Shown here in pieces: positions 48,101-60,100 of a stretch of 64,000 bases of DNA. Each line of letters begins with the position of its first letter. The stretch's first letter is position 1. This DNA is from Oculina patagonica (Eukaryota). Under the pieces are notes generated by a model. It saw nothing but the letters and a program-made list of their open reading frames with translations. It was not told where the DNA came from and did no database searches. The DNA is taken from NCBI RefSeq assembly GCF_052425735.1, contig NC_135761.1, positions 2,108,001-2,172,000 of the forward strand, in the 5' to 3' direction. Position numbers and translations under genes: made by a program.

Positions 48101-51100
48101 ACCAAGATGGTGTCTTAGTAGGACATTATGTCCTTTCAAGTGAAAAAAAATTATTTGCAGCCCTGATGTCCTAATCCAAGTTGTTCCCTTTCCTTGTCTA
48201 TTGTTCTTTGCTACGTCTCTCTTAGCCATCCTCTTCTGTGCTTTCCATCAGGTTCCCATGTCAGTGCAATCTTGGAATTTAGGTTTACAAATTTAAATAA
48301 TATACCGGTATAATTTTTTTATGTGGGTCTTATTATTGTAAGTACATGTCTAGGATATGTACTAGTTAGCTGATGTTTGTGCTCTTTTTTGACACCTTTT
48401 CAGTTGATGGAAATTACAGCGAGTGGTCAGAATTCATGCAGTGTAGTGTGACGTGTGGTAAAGGAGTACAGTCACGTTCCAGAAGTTGTATCAACCCACC
48501 CCCTCAACATGGTGGAAAGAACTGCTCAGCATTTGGTCGAGCTGTGGAAACTAAAGAGTGCAATCTAAAGGAATGTCCAAGTAAGAATTACCATAAATAT
48601 GATAATTATTCAGCATACTTATAATTATTTCAGCAATCTTTATGCACAATGTTCAGCCAGCTAGTGTACTGTACATGTACATGTATGTTCATGTATTGTG
48701 TGACCATTTTGGAAGTTGTGAATCCAAATAGTGGAACAACAAGTACATTCAGGTGTATCCGAGTGGGTTGATTTTGTTTTTGCTTTTCTCTTTTTGTTGA
48801 TTTGGGTCTTCGTGAATAACTGTAGACAGCCGTTTAATTCAAAGGCTTAAGTCAAATGAAAGAGTGATTGTAGAGTATCCACTGGGAAAAGTCAGAATTG
48901 AACAAGGCAGTTTAAAATTTGCCACGGCAGTACTTACATAATTTGCGTTTTAATTTTTAACTATAAAAAAATATATAAATAAATGACTAACAAATTCAAT
49001 TTTATCCCTTAATTATAGTTGATGGTGGTTACTCGCCATTCACCAATTGGTCAGACTGCACTGAGACTTGTGGTGGAGGAGAACAGATCAGAACTCGCAC
49101 CTGCACCAACCCTGAACCACAGCTTGGAGGAAAGGACTGCTCCAAGTTTGGGTTAGACTACGAAAAAAAGAAAATGTAACACTCAAAAATGCCCAGGTCA
49201 GTTACAGCACACCACTTTACATTTTATAGACTACCTTTAGTCGTATATTAAGCCCCCTCCAAATAAGACCCCTCCCTCTATTAAGACCCCCCTTCCTCTA
49301 ATAAGCTTTCCTACCTCTCTCTAAATGCCCCCCACCTTTCTGGAGTAAGAAATTCAATATTAAACCCCCATCTCATTCCCCTCTCTCTTTTCTTTTTGCT
49401 TCAGGTATTTTGCCCAAATATGGTTTAAACCTACATGTAATTTTATAATTAAAATTGAAAAGGAAATTAATAGTTAAATAAAAAAAAATTATAAAAGAAC
49501 TTTTCTTGCAACACACAGTCCATGGCTATGCTTTACAAAAATGAAGATAAAAATCTGAGAGAAGTTTCCTGTAAAATGTACACAGAGTTTTTAGCAATGC
49601 ATAAATCATTGGTTTTCCAAATGATAAATGTTGCAACATTTTTTTTGTAACATTTTCCTATCGTTCCCTTTTTTATAGTGGATGGTGCGTTCACACCATA
49701 TTCCAACTACTCGGCTTGTAGCAAGACTTGTGGTAAAGGAGTCCAAACACGCACACGGTCCTGTTCTAATCCTTTACCACAGTTTGGTGGCAAGAATTGC
49801 TCAGGAACTTACGAGGAGTCCCGAGAGTGTAACACACAGCCATGTCCAAGTAAGTACATGCACTGTTAGTAGTACCCGAAATCTTGCGCAATCCTCTAAT
49901 TATTAGCTGTGATCATTTTAGTTGCCATGGTGACTAGAATTTTGGAGCTAGCTGGCAACAGAATTGTCAGAATTGCCAGCCCAGCGACTACAAGAAGACT
50001 GCTCTTTACAGAGCTTGATCAGACTATCACCCAAACTCAAAAAGCAAAACATTATGAATTCTCTTTGAAAAATTAGTTGTTCCACTACACTATTTAATCC
50101 TTCTGCAGACTGAAAGCTGTTTACTGATTGCATTTCTCTTTTCTAGTTGATGGAGGGTTTGATGAATGGGGTAACTATTCTGCCTGTTCTGCTACATGTG
50201 GTGGCGGTAATCAGGTGCGCATGAGAACTTGTACTAATCCTGTGCCGCAAAATGGAGGCAAACCTTGTGCTGGTCCTAACTCTGAGTCCAGGGAATGCAA
50301 CACCCAACCTTGTCCAGGTACAGTTCACATTAAATTTGGTTATAAATGTAATCTTTTATGCCAGTGTGTTACATGTTCATGAGAGGTGCTGTGTCCTAAT
50401 GGTTAGTGCACTGAATCCAGATCCAACGGCCTGGGTTAATTTTTGCCCTGGCTGTGGTCACTGTGTTGTGTTCTAGGAGTATTAATGATTATTGGTGAAT
50501 TGTTCGGGCAACTTGAAAGGAAAAAAAAAGTGCTAAGGAGTTACATGTACAGGGCTGTACATGTATATGTATGAGTTAGTTGTGCTTTAAAGGCTTTGCT
50601 GAATTATGTGTACATGTACAGTATGTGGTCCTTGGTCCGTGAGGTCCTTGGTCCGCGACTTTTTCGAATATGATTTAATATTTCCTCGATATCTAAACTT
50701 CGGCAAAAAATGAATGTTTCCAATGATTCTTTGACTATTCTTCTTTGGTATGTTAAAATTTTCAGCGTTTTTACTGTCAGTTACGATGCGAAATTCACGC
50801 TTGTCAACAGACAAGTAAATTTGCCTTTCTTGAAATTTCAACTTTTCGCGGGTCCGTGAATTACATGGTCGCGTTTACTAAGCTAGTGCATATATAAAAC
50901 GCAACGGGATAACGTGTTTTTTTGGAAAACAGGTTAATAGTTCAATAGATTTCAGAATCTGCGAAGAAATTTTTTGCAGAGTTGCAAATTTTCGGTTTAG
51001 CGACTAATGAAAGTTATAAACAATTTTCGCATATGGGTCCTTGGTCCGTGACCTTCGACTGTGAATTAAAAAAAATGTTCTAAAACAAAGATCATTCAGA

Positions 51101-54100
51101 AAAATATTAAGTACTCGGTGCACACATTGGTGCTACGGCATTTATCCTCGCTTCAAATGTTTCAAAATTAAATTGGAGAGTTATAAAGAGAAGAAATTAA
51201 GACGCGGGTTTCGTTGGAGACTTCGGTCTGAAAGAAATCTGAAGAATATACTGGTTGTTTTATACTCGCACCTAACAACGACTTCCAGCAAGACTGAAGC
51301 TTAAAAATGTCAAAAATAGTAAAGAATAACTTAAATATTGCTAAAACATTGCAACATTTTGAAAATTATTGCGATTTACAGTAATTTTCACTTTGTTTAC
51401 GTGACTCGCGGATAAAGGACCAAATGTGCGGACCAAGGACCTGCGAGCACGGTCACTGTTTTTTTAATTACACGAAAAATATTTTAGTTCAGGCATTGCC
51501 ACTTTGCAATTATAAAGAGAGACATAAAATCTATCTTCAAGAAAAATTTCAGCTCATCGGGCTTTGATTCAGGTAAGATATTCAAGTTTATAACTTTTAC
51601 TCGCGGACCAAGGGCCACATACTGTACATGTGCGTATGTGGACTATAATTATTTTTTTAAGGTGATTCAGTACATTTTGATGTAATTACTATCACTATAA
51701 TTTATAGCTTTATCTAATCTGGGTGACTGTTTGCATTTCAGTTGATGGTGGTTACACTCAGTGGACTGCATATTCACAATGTAGTGCAACATGTGGTGGA
51801 GGCGTGCAGCAAAGGACAAGAGCGTGCACCGCCCCTGCTTCGTCAAATGGCGGCAAAGACTGCAGTATACTTGGGCCAGTCTCGGAATCAAAGAACTGCA
51901 GCACTACACCATGCCCAAGTAAGTTTAGTATTGCATGATGATTGATCATGATGATACTTTTATTAATAAACACTCCCCTTGGGGCTTTTCAGTGACTATT
52001 TACGTGACAAAATTACAAATTAAAAAGAAAACTCTAAAAATTGCATAATTGTGGTTTTATCCAGTTTAACATAATTATGTTAAGTAGCTCAGAGCCTATA
52101 CTGTTATGGTGTGTTACATGCACTTGGAAACACAACATACATGGCATGTAAATGTATCACTGCATAGACTTGACAGGGTTTCAGAACGTTTTTAAGTCAA
52201 GATGTCAACAAGGAATTCATACGGGTCAAATTCCCAGTATTCGCACCAAATCATTAGAAGTTTACTACAAATTTGTCGGGCCAGGGGGGCTGACCTTGTT
52301 GGGCTTTTGACCAGAGAACCCCTTCTAATCTGAAACACTACTAAATCAAAACTTACATTTTCTTTGTTTTTCAAAGACATTTACTAACTCTAAAAATTAA
52401 TTATCACTGATGTGTTGTTGCAGTAAATGGTGGATATACCGAGTGGTCTGCATGGACAGCCTGCAGCGTAACTTGTGGAGGCGGAGTGGTAAAAAGAACA
52501 AGAAACTGTACCAACCCCATGCCCCAGTACGGTGGAAAAGACTGCTCACTGGATGGACCAGAAATCATTACCCAGGCTTGTAATCCACAGCAGTGCCCTG
52601 GTAAGAAAACAGTAACTGCTGCAGAAACAGACATCTTCCATTCTGTACTCAATTTCCCTTCCTTGAAGACATATGTCTGAGATGCGACTCATAAATTTGT
52701 CATACTGTTGACTTTGGTTCTTTAGAGATTCAATGCATGTAGTGTACATCTCTGATTAGTTGTTGCTTATTTTCAATGTTCACACACAAAAAAAAACCAG
52801 TCGCAAGGCAGGGCACAAATCTCTGCTACAAAGAGCACTGTGTCATGAGTATGGAATTTGTGAAGTTGAGTCACGAATACCTAATGAAAGTGGGGGAAGA
52901 ATCTGATCGATGTGTGAAGACTAGAGACATCAATTATTAAAAGACTACACATAACACCCTCTGAGGTTAAATTGGGCCCGATAAAGTGCCATCTGGTCAT
53001 CCAGGACAAATAGATTTTCCTGTCGGGCAAAAAAAAACTTTTTATTCTTGCTTGCCTGATGGGCTAGGGCCCAGGCAAGTCGTCTGATGTCTAAACTGTA
53101 GAAAAGTAAACTACAATGTAAGCATGCAACTGCCCTGGGCAAACAAAATTTGAGAGCTGCAAGCTGGAATTCAACCCCTGTGTTCGATAAAGGAAAAGTA
53201 GTTAGTATTTTAATCAACAACCACTCTCTTTGATGTTGTAGTAAATGGTGGTTACTCTCCCTGGAGCGACTGGACACAGTGTACAGTGACATGTGGCGGT
53301 GGTGAATCCTTGAGGTCACGTCAGTGTACTAATCCAGCACCAGAGTTTGGCGGCAAAGATTGTTCTTCTTTGGGAACATCTACTGAGACAATGAAGTGCA
53401 AGACTGATCCGTGCCCAGGTGAGTGTTGCTTGCACAAAGACACCATGAAATGTTGATGAAAATTGTGATCAATGATAATTTTCAAGATCAGGGCCCTTCC
53501 TTGAACACACAGCTTGTGCACATCAAACTTGCACTTGCGACATTCAGTCTAAAGCGTAATATTACATAATTCAAAACAGTGATGACTGTAAGTTCAGACT
53601 CAATTGTCTATTTTGTATACTATTTGTGTACACACAAGGGCCAAGAGACCGTTATAGGCATCTTTTGAATTAAGACAGTACCTTCAATGCACTAAATACT
53701 TTTAAAACTTGTACACATGCTCATGCAAGTTTCAATGACCAGTTTGAATTCCTAACACTTCCCAGCTTTGAGTCAACTGGTTAAAGTTGTGCTGTACAAA
53801 TGATGCTGGAAATACAGATTTAATTTAGTTAGTTAGTTAGTTCTCTTCGCGTCATGAGGCGCATAAGGCTGTAACTGTCTCTCGCCAACTAGCCCTGTCT
53901 TGCGCTGCACCCCTGACTTCCGACCAGCTGGACCATTTACAGTATCTCTTTTGTCTGGATTCTTTTTTCACCGTCCTTCTCCAAGTGGTTTTAGGTCATC
54001 CCACTTTTCTCTTCCCTTCACGTTGCCACTCTATCGCCACAGATTTAATTTTCATTGTCCTTATTCCATTTCAGTGAATGCTGGCTACTCACCTTGGCAA

Positions 54101-57100
54101 GAGTGGTCAGCTTGCAGTGTAACATGCGGCAATGGACAGCAAAACAGAATAAGGATGTGTAATAACCCTGCACCCAGTTATGGTGGAGCAGATTGTGCCG
54201 CTATTGGTGAACCTACAGAGACTAAAGCTTGTTACCTTAAAGTGTGTCCTCCTGGGCGTAAGTTAAATTCATTTAGATTAATGATGTTCTTGTTTTTTCA
54301 TTGGGATGCTCGGTGGCCTAATGGTTAGTGTGCTGGACTCTGTCTGCATTCGAGCCCTGGCCGGGGCACTGAATTGCGTTCTTGGGCAAGACACTTTACT
54401 CTCATGGTGCTACTCACCGCCCTGGTGTATAAATAGGTACCGGTGAATTCAATGCTGAAGGGGGGGGGGGGGGGGGTGGTAACCGTACAGTTGACTAGCT
54501 TTCTATCGGGGCTGGGGGGCCAGGGTGGGAAGGTAGAAATACTTCTGACTAATAGCTTCATGCTACGGAAACAGAATAAGCCGACTCTTACCTACTTAAA
54601 CCTTGTTTATTAATCATAGCCATGTAATTAACTGTGGGAGTGCAGTTGTTAAACTTGTGTTGTTTTAAATTAATGTATGTGTCTGTCCTTATGCTTATGA
54701 GACCTTTTGAGTTTGCATTTTCATATCCATGTTTTTAAATAATTGCTTGTGGTTTTTTCCTTCTTTAGCTCCAGAAACTGGTTGGTCTGAATGTTCTAAA
54801 ACATGTGGTGGTGGGGAGAAGTTTAAAATGGTTAACAGTGGTGGACAGATGACGAAAAAAGTCATGCCTTGTAACACACTTCCTTGCCCAGGTGTGGCCT
54901 TGGTTAAATTAATTATAATTATTTGATATGATGACAGACCAATTTACCTTATTGTTACTAATTTTCGCGGGACTTCAAAAAATCGTGAAATTAAAGACCC
55001 GCTAAAATTTATTTTAAACGTTTTTTATTGTATTCTTTATGTTTTAAATATATTTTTGGCCAAATCGCGAAAAATTACATCACACAAAATATGCCCGCTC
55101 CATTTTCGTGAAATTAAGTTCCTGCGAAAATAAGTAACAATAAGGTAATAGCTTTCCAATTGAAAGTTATTATTCTCTGTTTAAAGAGTTCCATGTACAC
55201 TTGTGTAACATGGATGACCAATCTGAAGAAATTAAATAGATTTTCATTATTTCGTAATCCATCCCAACCCTCATTAGTTTTCAGCATTTTTGTTCCTGCA
55301 TTCTGCTATTCTACCTTAAAAAGCCTGTATCATGTTGAAGTATTCTCTTTGAATACAAGTTATATTACCATGTCATATGGATCAAAGATACAATATTTAG
55401 GACACTTGTCTAGTAGTTTTAGGTGACTATTTCAATTAAATAGAGTAAACAATTTCTTTTTATTGGGGGTACAGTGATGTACGTGAAAACAGTTGTGGTT
55501 AAAACAGGAAATCTTGTGACATGTCTAAGACTACTGATTTAACTTTATTCTTTAAACACGATTTTAAATAAAATAACTTCTGATTCCTGTTGTTAAAACA
55601 GTTATTAATTAGTTCTAATTTTTGCTAGTAAATGGTGGATTCACCCTCTGGGCCAACTGGACTGAATGTTCACAGTCTTGTGGTGGAGGTGTTACTTCAA
55701 GAACACGGTCTTGTATTAATCCCATGCCAATGTACGGAGGCAAGACATGCCCTGGGTTACCTGTGGAAACTAAAGAATGTAATGTACAGCCCTGTCCTAA
55801 ACCAAAGAGTAAGTACAATGATGTCATCCTTGTGACTTGGGTTTTAAAAATGATTTAATGCTATCAACAAAATAATTCACTAACCAGAGGAGAACATAGC
55901 TGAATTCCTCAGTGTTCCACTGAAGAGAAAATTAACCAGTGGATGGTGTTTTAACAACTGGAGCCACAAGATCAAAATAATTCATTATACAATACAATAG
56001 GGAATAGTTTTATTGCAATCTTAAAATAATTACTTGTACTAACCAATCCAAATGATACAAGTTGAAGGAAGCTGAATTGTTTGTTTAGTGTTTGTTACTA
56101 ATTTCAAAATATTTTAACTGTAAAACTTTAAAGATGTGATAAAAATCATTAGAGCCGGCAATGTGTTAAAAAGGACACAGCTAATGGTGTTGTTGCACTC
56201 AGTGCATGCCTATTTAATGTCCGGCAATAGGTGCAAACTACTATAGCTATTAAATGTAGCTTTGCACGCATTGCATGCCTATAATGCAAGCCCTAAAATA
56301 AATTGAGCCACCTACAGTTACTGTAGATGATATCATTTTCTGGATCATCTACTTTAAATTTGAAACCAGACTAACTAAAAAGGATATCACCCATGTTAGT
56401 TTTTTTCAATGCGCAAGTTATGAAACATTGTAGTATCAAAATAGGACATTGGTACTGAAAGATGCTAACCTATTTTTCTTTAAACCTTTTCAGTTCCTAT
56501 TCGTTCATGTCGTGAGTTTTTGGAACGCTGTCAGAGTAAAACTGATGGTCTTTACACTATCTATCTTCAAAAGCCAAACTCAGCTGAAACAGCCAATGTG
56601 TTCTGTGATATGACACATGACAACGGAGGCTGGACTTTGATGGTTACTAGTGCAACCAACCAGGGTTGGACCAAAGACAATGTCAAAAACAGGTGCGTCC
56701 ATGTACAAACCAAGATTATACATGTATATCTGTGGGAGTATATTTAAATTACAATGTTTTGGAAGCCATGACCTTCCTTTTTCAGGGTCTAAGACCCTGT
56801 GTAAGACCCTGAAGACGGAAGACTGCCTTCTGAAATAATTATTGGAATTTAAATATAATCCCATAATATTATACTGTTTAATCAGCCAAGGTTGCGTAAG
56901 ATTCTCTACAGTGAGAGGATCTCACGCCTGGTACTTATTTTATTTTGCCAAGGTGGTCCTTACAAATTTTTGTTCGTGCACATGTGTGTCCTTGTCCTTT
57001 TTTCTAACTTCCTTTTTTCAACCATTCTCTCATTTGCTTCTTCCTTGTTCATTATAAGGTAATCTTTCTTCCTTCCCCGTATCTCTTGACCATTAGTACT

Positions 57101-60100
57101 GCTATATACATTGTACATATATTTTCTTTTCGGAATACTAGGTAAATGACTTACTGACAAATACAATGTGCCTATGTAAACTACGTACATGTACGTACTT
57201 ACACAACACAAGCACACACTTTCTTCCTTATTGAGCATTGTTTGTGTTCATGTACTAGTACATGCCTGCCTACTGTACCTAGTTCTACTCTAACACTGCA
57301 CCTGCATTAACCAATCTACCCACCCACCCACCTACCTATCTACCTTCCCTGCCTGCCTGTCTACCTGCCTGCCTACAGTGCACCTACCTTCCTGCAGCAA
57401 CATGCCTTGAACCTCTTATACATGTTAGTACAACTCTTCTTTTACCCTCTTTTCTACTTTGACTTCCACATACTTAATTAATTGTTTTTGTTCAATATCA
57501 GAAATGCAGCTGAGCCTTCTGTTACTAAGGATTACTCAGTATTGGATGAAGGCGACACAATCAAATCCATAGCTGTTAGTCCTTATTTCCTTTATCGGCT
57601 GGAAGCACGAGAAAGGGGAACAAATGGTGGAATATTTGTGGCACCACAGAATTACAGGTGAATAGGCGTTAACGTCCAAAATCGAAAAATTTTTACAGTT
57701 CGTTAAAGTTTACTGATAATGACTTTTGTCAAACCGAAACAAAAGTCATGACAAATTTTGACCACTCACTACATGCAAATGCAAAGAGCCATTTATTTTA
57801 AACCAATCAGAATGTGAACCAAGATCATGCTAAAATGGGAAAACAGTCATCCCTAAGCTAGTCACAGCTGTTCTAATTTTGTTTGTTATTGGTTTAAGAA
57901 ACAGCTGAGATTTGCTCTGTTAAAACATGTTGCGCACATTACTGAACTTATTCATTACTGACAGTACATTTCAGTAGATGCCAATAATAGAGCGATTTTC
58001 ACTTGATTGTTAAAAGTAATTCACGTTTGCTTTTGTTTTTGCTTTTGTAACTACGCTTAGTGGTAAACGGCTTGAAAAATCCACCCCAATTTCTCAATCA
58101 GTCAGAAGTAAAACCAAAACCAAGATTTCTTGATTTACTCACACGTTTCTCCATGCTTTATTTCAGCTACATGTACTTGCTTTGAGTTTTGATTGCTCCT
58201 CTGGATTGTCTGCATCCTTTATGTTTGCCTAGAGTGAGATATTTGTTTTAATGACACAAAATCAAAACTCCCTCTCGGTGCAAAACATTAATTTACTTTT
58301 AGTTGCTCATGATTCATTTTATATCTCTTAAGCCTTACAACCTCACAATGCGGACTCACTGGGATACAGTTGCTGAAAAAGTTTGGTACTTGGCCTGAGG
58401 ACCAAACAGGCATCGGCAAACGTATGCCATACATGTCTGCTGATGATGATAAGTCTCTGTTGACGACATCTGAATGTCAAAGCCAAGCCAAGTATGGAAC
58501 CATTGTGTCTAAAACTTCTGATAATCAACCAGCCAAGTGGATCACTGGTGACGCGGAGAACCCTGGGATTATTTGGTACTGGATCAAAGAGTCTTCAACA
58601 ATGCTGCAAGGTGGGTTAACACTCAGGTACAGCTGGATTATATCAGGAACAGGATAAATGGCAGTTAGAAAACATTGCAAACAGTTAGAGCTGACTTTAA
58701 GGGTGAACATCTCAATTCAAGAACCTGGCATGCACAACAATCAGATCATCCTTAATCTATGATTTTTTTTATATACCAGCTGGGGCAAGTGCATTTTTGT
58801 CATTTATGCTGTAGATTGCCATGGCCAGTTCAGTTTGCATTTAATTATGACTTGTGCAAGGAAGTAACGCATTTCATGTTTGTTTGTTTTTTAATAGCTC
58901 CAGCAGGCGGTAAACCAGACCCAATGTGTCCATTCCCAGGTATGTTACACAACATAATACTACTTAACAATCAGACTACGAGCCCGAGTTTTCTATGAGC
59001 AAATAGTCAACGAGGCGCAGCCAAGTTTACTATCGCTCATAGAAAACGAGGGCAAGTAGTCTAATTGTTTTAGTAGAAACTCTAAAGGATTACAGTCCAA
59101 AACCTACAATATTGTGCACTTTGAAGACAATAATCAATAAAATTTACAGCTTAAAGAGCTATGCGCGCGCGCAACTGTTTTCTATTGGCGAATAGAAAAC
59201 AGTGGGAGAACCAATCAGATGAATTCGCAGATTTCAAATAGAACACAGAGTTCAAAATAGAACAATAGAGTTTCTACTAATAAAAGATATTTATATAAAC
59301 TGTTGATAAATAAAAATGGTCAAAGGCAATCCTAGAGACCTTATATCTTTTGATGGAAATTTCTGGCGAGAAACGTGAAAAGTAGTGGCGTACAAAGTTC
59401 AGGTTTCTTGTCAAGTGCCCAAACTTCACGGATACATGATTGGTATACTGTGTACTCTATATAACTTTTTAGATGTCAGCTTTCAAATGTGTACATGTAT
59501 AAGCATAATTACTGAAGGGAAACTAACTGATCAGTGATGAATATGTTTAATGTTATAATAAGACAGGACTCTATAAGTGACTGATTGATGTTTGTATATA
59601 ATTATTTAATATCTCTTTCTAGTTCCCGGTGGATATGATGAATGGACACAGTGGTCTTCCTGCCCAGTCACCTGTGGGGGTGGTAGTCAAGTGAGAACCA
59701 GGAACTGCACCAACCCTGTACCACTCAATGGAGGGGCTGATTGTTCCGCATTGGGAGGGGACGTGGAAACAAGGAAGTGCAATCCTGAGGCATGCCCAGG
59801 GGTCGTAGGTAAAGTATGAAAATGTACAATTCAAATTAAAATGAATCACAAAACAGTATACAATAGAATATGCAAAGAAAAAGTTAGTGGCGGGGAGACC
59901 GAAAAGAACTAGAAAGCTTATGCGTAATTTGACCTCCCCAATTAGCTTAGTTGACTACTACATATAATAATTAGACGTAGTTAGTGTTGTAAAGTCGCTA
60001 CATAAATTAAAGTAATAAGCAAGAAAATGAAACTTATTCATAGTTTGCTATTCTTATGAGGGCTTTCTAAAAAGAACAAATTGAATCAAAATTGACGATT

